Below are positions 28,313-38,446 of a stretch of 48,229 nt of DNA, piece after piece (positions within the stretch are counted from its first letter, which is position 1; each line of letters starts with the position of its first letter). The position numbers were made by a program, and so were the translations under genes. Under the pieces are notes generated by a model. The model did not search any database, was not told where the DNA came from, and saw only the letters and a program-made list of their open reading frames with translations. This stretch comes from Candidatus Heimdallarchaeota archaeon (GTDB lineage: Archaea; Asgardarchaeota; Heimdallarchaeia; Hodarchaeales; Hodarchaeaceae): assembly GCA_019057635.1 (NCBI GenBank), contig DXJL01000016.1, positions 1 to 48,229 of the forward strand. Reading direction: 5' to 3'.

Positions 28313-30253
28313 TTGTCCGAAAGCTCACCTCATTTTGATATGCAGCAGTTTAACCATGTGGTATTAGCGGTTCTATGGGACGACATCTCGGGACCATCGA
28401 TAATTTCTCTATATCCATTGGCTTTCGACGACCCTGAATCAATAGCGTTACAAATATATTTAGCTTCAGTAACAGTTTTTGGTCAACATGGCCAATCTCA
28501 GAGGACTGAATTTAGTGTTCCTTTGTTGAGTTTAGGACAAAATATTCTCGCCCGAGTGGCATTTGATGCATGGTTTGATCCTTCAATTCGCGGAGAAGAG
28601 CGACCATTTTTTTTATCTATAATTGGAAAACACGACAGTGCAAATCTTTTAAATACACATCTTGATACACATATTTTTACATATTTAGATATATTAAAGG
28701 AACAAAAAGATGCCTTTAATGCAAGATTCGTATGGCAAAGAATTACAGATTCAATAAACGACCCCCCGTTAAAAGAGCCCAAATTTGATCCTGCCGATAT
28801 AGATTCGGATTACGCTATTCCTCGTGCCCTGAAGGATTTACAAACAGCAAGTGAGGCATGGGATAAACTCAAAGATCGTAATCAACTTTGGACAGCTATG
28901 AAAGTGGCTAATCGGTTAGAAAATATTGACGATAAAGCTGCAGGGGAAGCATTTTTTTTATCTGGGAATATTTTCCAAGCAGCTAACAACTTCCAAGATG
29001 CACAAAATGCTTTCAAACAAGCTACTGATGCTTTCTCTAGAGTCCATGAATTTCAAAAGTCAGGACAGGCTTTCTGTTTAGCAGGAAAAATGGCATATCA
29101 ACTAGGTGATAATGATCATGCAATTGAATTGTTTCAAAGTGGAGCTGTCTGGATAAAAGACCCTAAATCACAAGCTTCAATACAGTATGATATGGCACTT
29201 GTATATCAAGATCTCAATCTCTTTGAAGAAGCGAACGGATGTTTTGAGAAAGCAGTAAAGTTGATTGAAGAAATTGATAATCAGATTGCAGCAAGATATA
29301 CTTCAACGTATGCAAGTAAATTAATGCTCCAAGCGGAAAAGGAGAGACTAGAAAATCCAGCATATGCTCTCGGTTTGACGCGTAAATCTGCTGAACAAAG
29401 AATAAGAGCAGCTGATTTCCTTAAAAAGAGTGATGAAGGACTCGAGGAAGCTGCTACATCTTTAATGCTAGCTGCTAAGGTATATTTTTCCTTGGAAAAT
29501 GAAAACAAAGGAATAACTCTTGTAACACATGCTTCCTCATTATTTAAACGCATGGACAATTTCCAATCAGCTCTTAAAACGTTGTATGACGGTGCTCAAT
29601 CAGTAAAAAATATAGAATCAAAATTATCATTATTAAACAATGCCACGTCCATAATTCCTGAAGATCCAGCTGATGAACTTCTGCAACGATTATTAGGACT
29701 GATAACTTATGATATTGGACGGATTGAAATGGAAAAAAATCATTATTTGGTGTCCAGAGATTATCTATCCCGATCAAAAAAACTGCTTACTACGGCCAAA
29801 GCTCCTGCAGTTGAACTAATTCCCGTGTTACTTCTTTTTGCAAACAATTCCTTTAATATAGAAAATTTTGAAGAAGCTGCAAACAATTTTTACCACGCAT
29901 TTGAAATTTTATCAGGTATGGAGGAGACAGAATCTTTCCTAAAACAAAAAAATCGGTCTTTGACAAACGCACTGATTAGTTGGAGACGGAGTAGTACAAT
30001 ATATCATAATGCAGCCTTAGTATCTCTGATGAACCAAAAAGAAAGGGAAACTGTAGAATATTTCACCCGTTCAGTTGCATTATTGATAGAATGGGCTGAA
30101 AATAACACACATGACTCCCAGGACGAAATTCAAAAAGTTCTAAGTAATCGAATTCGCAAATTGCAATTGAAGAATGATTTATTTATTTTAGCTGAATCAA
30201 AATATCAAATTGAGGCATTAATTTCAGATTTAAAAGCATTAATCATCTCATAG
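28313..30253 (+). CDS. Longin/uDENN-like N-terminal domain fused to an alpha-SNAP-like TPR solenoid
   Basis: 'AVLWDDISGPSIISLYP' and 'FDPSIRGEERPFFLSII', then many 'A..F..A...F' SNAP/TPR repeats. Confidence 0.68.
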   Translation: MSESSPHFDMQQFNHVVLAVLWDDISGPSIISLYPLAFDDPESIALQIYLASVTVFGQHGQSQRTEFSVPLLSLGQNILARVAFDAWFDPSIRGEERPFFLSIIGKHDSANLLNTHLDTHIFTYLDILKEQKDAFNARFVWQRITDSINDPPLKEPKFDPADIDSDYAIPRALKDLQTASEAWDKLKDRNQLWTAMKVANRLENIDDKAAGEAFFLSGNIFQAANNFQDAQNAFKQATDAFSRVHEFQKSGQAFCLAGKMAYQLGDNDHAIELFQSGAVWIKDPKSQASIQYDMALVYQDLNLFEEANGCFEKAVKLIEEIDNQIAARYTSTYASKLMLQAEKERLENPAYALGLTRKSAEQRIRAADFLKKSDEGLEEAATSLMLAAKVYFSLENENKGITLVTHASSLFKRMDNFQSALKTLYDGAQSVKNIESKLSLLNNATSIIPEDPADELLQRLLGLITYDIGRIEMEKNHYLVSRDYLSRSKKLLTTAKAPAVELIPVLLLFANNSFNIENFEEAANNFYHAFEILSGMEETESFLKQKNRSLTNALISWRRSSTIYHNAALVSLMNQKERETVEYFTRSVALLIEWAENNTHDSQDEIQKVLSNRIRKLQLKNDLFILAESKYQIEALISDLKALIIS

Positions 30254-30287
30254 AGACTTCAAACACAAAAAGAGAAATTCAAGAATA

Positions 30288-32513
30288 TTAATCAACGAAT
30301 TTTATCCTGATTTTTTCCACTAATTTTTCCCGTTCTTGTGTTATTCTAGACTTTTTCAGTGTTAAGCGCTTTATGATTTCCTCATGTTTTTGATCTGATA
30401 CTTCGTCATTAAGAAATTTTTCATCTGCTTTTTCCAAAGAGTCCTCAACTTGAGCTAGATCGTTATCCAATGATAAAAGCTCGGGATGATCAATTGGGAT
30501 ACCCTCCTCATCATATTGGTATTCTATTGATTGAACTTTTTGTTTTACTTCCGCTTCTTGGTCAGTCTGTGGTTCTATAGTAATTGCTTTTGTAAAAACT
30601 TTAGGACCTATTATCTTCTTTGAGGAAGTTGATTTTATATCTTCTTTTCTGCTTTTTCGTTTTGTTTTTACACCCTGATCACTTAGATATTCAGAGTCGC
30701 CAATTAAGAAGCCTTCCTGCTCCCCCTCAGAGTTTGTTAACAGCAAATTCGGCATTTCACCGGAGAAAAGATTTTCCACTTGAGCAGTAAAGAGGTTATC
30801 AAACCTTTCTTGAGCCATCGCAATTTCTTTGCGAGCTTTGTCCAAATCTATTTTTTCTCCATCTTGTATACGTATTCCAAAAACTTTTACAATTTCCCCA
30901 ACAGGAGTTTCCAATACAGACACAAATGGTGTTTGTACAAAGGAGTAATCTGGAGTTTCCAAAACGGTAACCAATCCCCCGAGAATTTTGACATATTCTC
31001 CTACCCCTTTTATCTCTACAACTTGAACTACTCCTCCTAGTATCTGAACAAGCTCAATTCCGAGCTTTTCAAAAACAAAGATTCCTGGTAATCGTACTAA
31101 TGTATAGTCTTTAGTTTCTGTGATGGTATATTTTGATGGAGTTGTATCAAATACCGAAGAGAAAATCCCTTGAGGGCCCTTCCAGTCTTTTAATTGAGAT
31201 ATTGCTTGTTTGACATTAGTGAATAATTCAGAAGTTGAATCAAGTCCTGCAGATATTAACTCATTTTCAGTTAGTTCATTGACATTTTTCGATTGGAGCT
31301 GAAGTTTAATCTGATCCCATTCTTCAGGTGGAACCCAAACCGTTGTTGTGCCATCGACTTCTTTTGTAGAAACCTCTTGTTCTTCTGTTTCTGTCGATAT
31401 CTCAGATTTTCCCATCAAAACAAGAGTTGTTCCTTTTTCTGTAACAGTAGGGACCGCTATTACCCCTTTTTTAGTCGAAATGGACGTCTTACCTTTACTT
31501 ATTATCTTCATGTCATCTGTTGGGATAGTGAAAACTCGTGCAGGTTTCTCAAAGGATGTTTCCTGAATAGCACTTGCGAATTCATTAATTCGACCACCAA
31601 CTTGACTGTTAGGATCAACAATCTTACCTGTAAGCGAATTAAGAATTGAATTTAGTCCATTAGTTCTTTTTCTTTGAGGCACCAATAAGAGTAACACCCC
31701 AATTATCAATAAGAAAAACGCTAAGTATTCAATGACTTCTTTTCTGTTTACTACCCAACCAAGCCATAAGAATACCAGTAGAATAACAGATGAAGAGAGA
31801 AATCCATCACGAATCCTTTCTACTCTATTCTTCAATGCAAAATTTTGACGAAGAAGAGTATTTATTGAAACATTTTGTCTTGGTGAGTTACCTGGTAGAA
31901 TAATCCCGAGGATATTAAATGTGAGAGCAGCAAGAAGTAATAATTCTAATTCGAAATTGAAACTTTCAGGTAAAAAGAGGATAGAAAAACCCTTTAATAT
32001 GAAAATGACTATAGTAGCTATCCAAAAACCACGGAATACTTCACCAACATAATAAAAATAGCCGAATTGTAAGGTTTTTAAATCGAATCTATTCCAAATA
32101 ATTGCTAGTGGAGTGAGAATGCAAGCCATCAAAGATTCAAATTCGTAATACGTTAAATCCGGAAAATTCATATCCCAGAGTTCAAAAGTGACAGAGGCTG
32201 ATGAAACAATGTTAATGATGAGAAATCCGATGAGTATTTTCACCGCCCTATTAAGTGGGGAAGGAATATCTCTCTCATCATTTGAAAAGAATCTAGAAAT
32301 AGGAATTACGAAAAATAAAATGAGAATAAGTCCAAATAATGTTGCTCGTATAGGTGAATCACCAGAAAATATCACAGCTACAATACACCAGAAAATGAGT
32401 GCAAGAGTAAAAATATAATCTAGGGGGGTCTTTGGTCGAAGAAATTCTTCTGTTTGATCAAGTGCAAAGCTCTCTAATGAGCCATATTTCTGTAATTTTT
32501 GGATATTTTCCAT
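30288..32513 (-). CDS. Polytopic membrane protein (about 8 TM) with a large soluble C-terminus containing beta-hairpin repeats and a coiled coil
   Basis: Hydrophobic segments within aa ~30-280; repeats 'VQILGGVVQVVE / VKILGGLVTVLE / VQTPFVSVLE'; helical C-terminus. Confidence 0.7.
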   Translation of the reverse strand: MENIQKLQKYGSLESFALDQTEEFLRPKTPLDYIFTLALIFWCIVAVIFSGDSPIRATLFGLILILFFVIPISRFFSNDERDIPSPLNRAVKILIGFLIINIVSSASVTFELWDMNFPDLTYYEFESLMACILTPLAIIWNRFDLKTLQFGYFYYVGEVFRGFWIATIVIFILKGFSILFLPESFNFELELLLLAALTFNILGIILPGNSPRQNVSINTLLRQNFALKNRVERIRDGFLSSSVILLVFLWLGWVVNRKEVIEYLAFFLLIIGVLLLLVPQRKRTNGLNSILNSLTGKIVDPNSQVGGRINEFASAIQETSFEKPARVFTIPTDDMKIISKGKTSISTKKGVIAVPTVTEKGTTLVLMGKSEISTETEEQEVSTKEVDGTTTVWVPPEEWDQIKLQLQSKNVNELTENELISAGLDSTSELFTNVKQAISQLKDWKGPQGIFSSVFDTTPSKYTITETKDYTLVRLPGIFVFEKLGIELVQILGGVVQVVEIKGVGEYVKILGGLVTVLETPDYSFVQTPFVSVLETPVGEIVKVFGIRIQDGEKIDLDKARKEIAMAQERFDNLFTAQVENLFSGEMPNLLLTNSEGEQEGFLIGDSEYLSDQGVKTKRKSRKEDIKSTSSKKIIGPKVFTKAITIEPQTDQEAEVKQKVQSIEYQYDEEGIPIDHPELLSLDNDLAQVEDSLEKADEKFLNDEVSDQKHEEIIKRLTLKKSRITQEREKLVEKIRIKFVD

Positions 32514-32778
32514 AAAAAACTCTTTCCTTGGTTCTTTCTAAAATTTCTAATATTCTAAACTTAAACTCATCGAAATCTCTAAATCAGTAGTAGGTTTTTT
32601 GATTTTGTCAAGGAATAAAAACGAAAATAAATACTATTTACTTTCATTTGGATGTGAAACATCTCATAGGATTCACATCAAGGAGTACTCTTACAATAGA
32701 GTTTATATTAATTACACTCTTGGTAAAATTGTGTTTTTGATCCTACATATACAATATTGTAAAAAAGGTTGAATATTT

Positions 32779-35700
32779 TCATTCAGTAACTGGTTGGTCA
32801 TGGCAATAGATACACCCTTCTTCAATGACTTCTGTAGGACTTATGAATGCCCCACACAGGCTACATACGATCTCTTCATCTGTTTGTACATCAACTTGAG
32901 AAAAAGATGATTTGACCTCAATTTTATTACCATTAGTAAACAACTCTTTCTCTTCCAATTCCTCAATTTCATCAGTTGATACTAAAGTTGATTTTTGTTT
33001 ACTAAAATTTACCAAAACAGATTTAGGAGAATTCTGCTCCTTTTCATTATGCAGAATAGTCTTCATTAAATTATTCCCTGGGGAGAGTTTTGTTACAGGC
33101 TTAGTAGGCTTAACAGTTTTTTTCCTACGCTGACTAGGTTGAAATTTAGCTGTTTTTGGAAAATTAAAAATCGTATCAAGAGATTGTGTTCTGATTTTTT
33201 TCTTTTTAGATTTTTTCAACTGTGATCTGGTTGATATATGTACAGGCCGAGGGAGTGGTGTTTTGCCTTCTTCTGAAGAAGATTTGGCTGGTGATTTTCC
33301 TATTTCTTCCGACTTTAAATCAAGGATTTTCTCTTTCTCGGCGATTTCAATTTCTTGGATATCGAGAACATGCTGATTTTCTGTTTTAATTTGTTGATTC
33401 TTCATCGGATATTGTATCATTCGATCAAAAATTCTACCAGGGTCGTAAATATCTTTCAAATACTGTTTCGTATCTATTAATTGTTGGATATCTTCAATTG
33501 AGGTGATTTCATTCAGCATAAAACTTAATGTGCATATTCCATGTTTAATAAAAACAGATTTAACCTTTTTAAAATCAAAATCAAATACCTGAGCAGGGAT
33601 AACGTGGTTTCCCTTTATATTAACCATTTGGATACGGATTCCTGGATCAATGGAATAACCAAGATCCTTTAAAATGTAGGCCGCAGTAACCTGAGGTAAT
33701 TTTGACTTATATTCTTTTAGATCTTTGTTAAGAGCCTTAGGTTTGACATAAAATGATGGATCTATGTTTCCATCCATTACTTCTTTTCTTATTCTATCCG
33801 ATGCCTTAAAGGCGTTTTGATAAATCTGTTCCAATGTAATGGGATGAACTGGATCAAACTGTTCTAGATACGCTTTTATGACTTCTTCCTGAAAGTGTTT
33901 TTGTAACTTTGAAAAATCTGCTCTCTTTGACTCCAACCCTGTAATCTCCTCTTCCTCCCACGTATTATCCTGTGATAGATGATTATAAACTATATATTTC
34001 TTCTTTCCCATGACAAATTGAAAATCATAAGGTCCGTCTTGCTCGAATTGAATTAGACTTTTACTTATCTTTTTGATTGTCGTCCCATCGTTTAACCAGT
34101 AGTTGTCATTTTTAAAACCAGCTTTAGACACCTTTTCATTTAATATTTTATCAATAAGACTCACTCGAAACTCAAGTTTTTCATCTGATTCTGCAGAATT
34201 TATCAATGTAACTGGAAAATCAAGGGGAAATTGTTTAGGAACCCATAACCAAACTCCATCGGTATCTAATTCTGTTACACGGCCAATGTCTTCTAATTGG
34301 TCCGCAGCCCAATGAATTAAATCAGCAGATAACTTTGTAGTAATACCCGCACACGGCGTACTGGCATTTCTTACCCCACCACGCATCCCTAATAAACCAT
34401 AGATGCTATTTAATGGAACTTTCATGCCTAGCTGTGTACTATCATGAAATTTTTGTTGACGAAGCATGTCTGGCGAAACTGACTGATTATTAGCACTTTT
34501 TTGTTTGATAACTTGTTTTAATCGCTGCGCTTCAAATTTATGTCTTACCCGTGTATTGAAAAATTCATCCATAATTCGGGCAACAAAATTGAAAGCTTTC
34601 TGGCACACCCGCGATTGAACAGAAATGAGAACAGATATCTTTTTTGTCCTAACATCAATACTTAGATATGTATTCTTAGGAAGCTGAAATATTTTTGGCT
34701 GATCTTCAAAAATATCAAAGAAATTTCTATCTAAATGGCTTCCAAGTTGAGTTGCTTCTACTGTATGCTCTAACCACTTCGTTATTTCATTATAGGGATC
34801 AATAGAGGTGAAATTTTTACCTAAATATGATTTACTTAACGGAATTTTGACAAATCCCGACTTTTTTCTCAACACATAAGCTTGTGTTTGAGAACCATTG
34901 TAGGAAAATATTTCCTGAACTCGTCCAGTTGTGGCTTGTTCTGGTTCATACTCTTTACACGACGATTCATTTTTAGTGGTACATATTGAGGGATCACATT
35001 TTGATGATCCCTTTACTCTATGTTTGCATGGTCTACGAGCGGTAAGTTTAATTACCCAATCCCCTTCAAAAAAGCAACTATCATCATTTTCTCTATATTC
35101 ACATCCTTGACACTTTGTTAGGGGTACAATACCTGAAGGCTGAAGTTTATATTGACGTATTTGCGAAGGATACATAGAAGTTACATCTACATGTACACCC
35201 CTTAGCTGAACATCACCAGTTGTTTCCAAAAGTTTATCGACTTGCTTCAGCGTATTTTTCACGACTTTTTCAATTCCCTCAACACGAATACTGGAAAGAT
35301 CCTCAAGTATACTGCGCAATATATTATTCTTCTCTACAAAAAGCGATTTAGGTACCCCTCTATCTTGTAAAGCTAAGGAAAAATTCTGAAATAACTGTTC
35401 TAGGTCATCTGAATAGGAAATCGATAATTCACCAAATTTCTCTAACACTCTTCTGTCAAATTGGTTTTTCATTTCCCTCTTCGCGATATCTTTACTGTTC
35501 TTTACAATAATTTGCTGTATAAGCGATTTAATCTCAGTTAATGCTTTTCTATTGGTTTTGTTTTTCCTATAGATGTCACTTCGAAAAATACCTGAACGTC
35601 TCGCCTCAACAAGTCCTCCTGTATATGCAAAGGAATCAATCATAATATTAGGAGAGAAAGACTCAATATGTTTTTGATCAATACGACGCTTTCCAACTAT

Positions 35701-37203
35701 GTTGTAATGATGACCTTCAGCATCAATTAACAAATCATCAAGCGAGCCAGCACGACGTGTTAATAATTCTGACGCTGGGACAGGAAACATTTGTCCCAAC
35801 GAAATAAAGAAATCTAATACAATTTCTTTCACGTACCGGTAAGTAATATATCCGTCACAGGCTGCATATCCTACTGCATCAACGGGGCTTTCTTCGATTG
35901 CAAAAAGTGCCTCCCGACCTATAGGAATTATCTTAAGCTTCTTTTCAACACTCGGTTTCAGTCCTAAGTCTTTTTTAGGCAAGTAACTATATTTTTCGTT
36001 GAATAAAAATGCATCAAGATGAATTATTCCTGCTCCCGACACGGAATCAATTCTAGCGGGGGAATAGTTTTCTCTAAGATCAATGGGTCCCGTATTTTGT
36101 CCTGTTGATTCCCGTTTGAATTTGATACGAAAACCAGTTCTTCTCTCAAGAGAAATATTGTAAAGTAAGGAACGAACAGCTAAAAATGGAATGTCAAAAC
36201 GATCACCAAAAAAATCAGCCAGTACGTCCGGTTTGTACTCCTCAATTATCTCATAAAATCGATGAAGAAGCTGTTGTTCATTATTGAAAACTTGTACCTC
36301 TATTGGGACTCGATCAATAAGTAACGAATGAGGAAATTTTGTGCCCGTCTTACACCAATCAACCCAAGGCTTTGAATGATCTTCATCTTTCTGCATCAAC
36401 ACGATATCAATGCCTGAGACTTCTTTCGTGTTTACAACATCGTCATTTATTATCAGATGATTTATATTTCCAGTGAATAACGAAATCATGGAAATTGCAT
36501 CACGATTTGGATTTGGCTCACGAGTTTGATCAAAAACAGTTTCTATATCATAAGCAAGAATTTGAAGATCTGGAGGGGCCATATTATTTAAGATATCGAG
36601 TTTGTGAATTTCTCCTCCACTAATATCAGCTTGATACCACGAGCCCACTCTAATATTATGGTCAATAGCTACTCGATGATTATATAAGACATCAGCTTCT
36701 CTCCATTCAATGATACCTTTTATTTTTTCACACTGGGATCTCAAGCTAGGAACAGACCTAGGATGATCGACAGTCACTTTAAGAAAATCCTTAGTTACAA
36801 GAAAAGTTAGATCAGCAGCATCGTGACATTTTTCCTTTGTAACCATAACAATTTTATCCTCCCCCAGCTCCTGAATCCGAGCTATTATACGATTTACTTG
36901 ATTATTTGTTAAACCGGATGTTATTAGCATATAGAAGTAAGGTGCGTGCCGTAAGAAAGCACTTCGTTTGTTATGTTCTTCATCAAGAAAATATATCTGA
37001 ATACCATTAATCGTTCTTTTTTTACTACCCGATTCGTAACTATCCTCTGAATCAAAGTAAGGTTCATAAGTATCTTCTTTTCTACTAGTAGCTTCATAGT
37101 CCAAAATAAAGATGGGTTGAATTAGCTGTTGATTATATCGAAATGGTTTAAACCATGAACGATAACCAAAACTCACACCGTGATCTTGTCCTGAACTTGC
37201 CAT
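32779..37203 (-). CDS. polB: Family B DNA polymerase of the eukaryotic Pol epsilon (POLE/Pol2) type
   Basis: Exo I 'ILAYDIET', Exo II 'GDRFDIPF', 'SYLP', 'YTGGLVEARRSGIFRSDI', motif A 'HVDVTSMYP', CysX 'CQGC...C...VCQ', motif B 'KVPLNSIYG', motif C 'ELDTDGVW', C-terminal CxxC...CxxC. Confidence 0.93.
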   Translation of the reverse strand: MASSGQDHGVSFGYRSWFKPFRYNQQLIQPIFILDYEATSRKEDTYEPYFDSEDSYESGSKKRTINGIQIYFLDEEHNKRSAFLRHAPYFYMLITSGLTNNQVNRIIARIQELGEDKIVMVTKEKCHDAADLTFLVTKDFLKVTVDHPRSVPSLRSQCEKIKGIIEWREADVLYNHRVAIDHNIRVGSWYQADISGGEIHKLDILNNMAPPDLQILAYDIETVFDQTREPNPNRDAISMISLFTGNINHLIINDDVVNTKEVSGIDIVLMQKDEDHSKPWVDWCKTGTKFPHSLLIDRVPIEVQVFNNEQQLLHRFYEIIEEYKPDVLADFFGDRFDIPFLAVRSLLYNISLERRTGFRIKFKRESTGQNTGPIDLRENYSPARIDSVSGAGIIHLDAFLFNEKYSYLPKKDLGLKPSVEKKLKIIPIGREALFAIEESPVDAVGYAACDGYITYRYVKEIVLDFFISLGQMFPVPASELLTRRAGSLDDLLIDAEGHHYNIVGKRRIDQKHIESFSPNIMIDSFAYTGGLVEARRSGIFRSDIYRKNKTNRKALTEIKSLIQQIIVKNSKDIAKREMKNQFDRRVLEKFGELSISYSDDLEQLFQNFSLALQDRGVPKSLFVEKNNILRSILEDLSSIRVEGIEKVVKNTLKQVDKLLETTGDVQLRGVHVDVTSMYPSQIRQYKLQPSGIVPLTKCQGCEYRENDDSCFFEGDWVIKLTARRPCKHRVKGSSKCDPSICTTKNESSCKEYEPEQATTGRVQEIFSYNGSQTQAYVLRKKSGFVKIPLSKSYLGKNFTSIDPYNEITKWLEHTVEATQLGSHLDRNFFDIFEDQPKIFQLPKNTYLSIDVRTKKISVLISVQSRVCQKAFNFVARIMDEFFNTRVRHKFEAQRLKQVIKQKSANNQSVSPDMLRQQKFHDSTQLGMKVPLNSIYGLLGMRGGVRNASTPCAGITTKLSADLIHWAADQLEDIGRVTELDTDGVWLWVPKQFPLDFPVTLINSAESDEKLEFRVSLIDKILNEKVSKAGFKNDNYWLNDGTTIKKISKSLIQFEQDGPYDFQFVMGKKKYIVYNHLSQDNTWEEEEITGLESKRADFSKLQKHFQEEVIKAYLEQFDPVHPITLEQIYQNAFKASDRIRKEVMDGNIDPSFYVKPKALNKDLKEYKSKLPQVTAAYILKDLGYSIDPGIRIQMVNIKGNHVIPAQVFDFDFKKVKSVFIKHGICTLSFMLNEITSIEDIQQLIDTKQYLKDIYDPGRIFDRMIQYPMKNQQIKTENQHVLDIQEIEIAEKEKILDLKSEEIGKSPAKSSSEEGKTPLPRPVHISTRSQLKKSKKKKIRTQSLDTIFNFPKTAKFQPSQRRKKTVKPTKPVTKLSPGNNLMKTILHNEKEQNSPKSVLVNFSKQKSTLVSTDEIEELEEKELFTNGNKIEVKSSFSQVDVQTDEEIVCSLCGAFISPTEVIEEGCIYCHDQPVTE

Positions 37204-37720
37204 AGAATCTACTCGTAGTTTTAAAGAAGCAACTATTTCACGAAAGGAAAAATGGATCTAAAATCGCATTTTTTGGTTTTTTCTTTATTAGAGTCTTTTG
37301 ATTTCTTAATTTTGGATATCAGTTCTTCTTAAAGATGGATTTGTTACAGATATTATAATTAATTAAAAACCCCTTCATGGAAAACTGTAATTACTTCTAA
37401 GTAGACACAATTTAAAAAAGTACTTACAGGCCTTAGTATTTAAAAAGGCAATGCCTTACCTTTATATAGTCCTTATATGGATATACAGATCTGTTAGAAA
37501 AACGAAGTGAGTATCTATCAGAAGATACCTCCTGTCCTTGAATAAAGGGGCCCGTTTTAAGAAGGAGATTGGCCCCAGAATCCAGAATGATTTAAAAATC
37601 CATAGGACAATTAAGTACAATTACAATTATTTAGGAAAGTACATATATAAAACGCCAAAAATGGTATAACTTTGGTGATTAAATAAGACTTGTCCAGAAT
37701 TTAAAAGAGGTCTAGATCCT

Positions 37721-37981
37721 ATGCAACTTTCACGACTATTAGAAAAATTTCGAACCGAAATTCTTGGATTATTAGTAGCTATAGTGCTGATTTCTGCTGG
37801 GTTAATTTTTCCAAATTTCATTCCTGATAATGTTACTGGTCCTCCAGGATTTCAAGATGCAACATGGATAAGAACTATGATTTCATTATTACTTGTTGGT
37901 ATGGGCCTTGTAAGCTTTATTTGGCTTGTAATTATTCATCGATTCATGACTCATAGAAGTAAGAAAGATTATCTGTACTGA
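37721..37981 (+). CDS. Small 2-TM membrane protein
   Basis: 86 aa, two hydrophobic helices, basic C-terminus. Confidence 0.6.
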   Translation: MQLSRLLEKFRTEILGLLVAIVLISAGLIFPNFIPDNVTGPPGFQDATWIRTMISLLLVGMGLVSFIWLVIIHRFMTHRSKKDYLY

Positions 37982-38026
37982 GGATCATGCAAACCCAAAA
38001 TTTTGCAGAAGGATTGTGAATGTAAA

Positions 38027-38431
38027 ATGGGTAAAGGAAAAAAAGCAAAAGAACCCCCCATAAATGTGAATTCAAATGTTTGGAAGAGCCTATTGGAAAT
38101 TGAAGATCTGCGTGTAAGAGAACGAAAGCTCATTCGAAAATTATGGCAAGATCTTCGAGAGGATAGTACACGTAGGATTCATAAAATGGTTTTTGAACAA
38201 GCTCTACAATCAAATTCAGCCTTTCCATCTATGAACGAAAGTGAACTTGAAAAATGGATAATAGAAAATATCTCAGCTGTATTTATCGCTCTTATTGAAC
38301 AAGGAGATATTATCGTTAAAGAAACTGAGCCTAGTAAATGGCGAGAGGCTGGTATAGCAATCTACGATAAAATCAAAAAAACTGTATCAAAAGAGGAAAG
38401 TAACCCGATAGAGGAAAATGATAACAGCTGA
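38027..38431 (+). CDS. Hypothetical helical protein (ORF track start 38003; ATG at 38027 preferred)
   Basis: Charged helical ORF 15 bp upstream of the methyltransferase gene. Confidence 0.6.
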   Translation: MGKGKKAKEPPINVNSNVWKSLLEIEDLRVRERKLIRKLWQDLREDSTRRIHKMVFEQALQSNSAFPSMNESELEKWIIENISAVFIALIEQGDIIVKETEPSKWREAGIAIYDKIKKTVSKEESNPIEENDNS

Positions 38432-38446
38432 TTCGGGAGATTTAGA

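Noticed and set aside
32779-37203. Intein in the large PolB
   Set aside because: No C/S...HN-C/S/T splice junctions or LAGLIDADG motifs were seen; the length is explained by Pol epsilon-type inserts and the tail.
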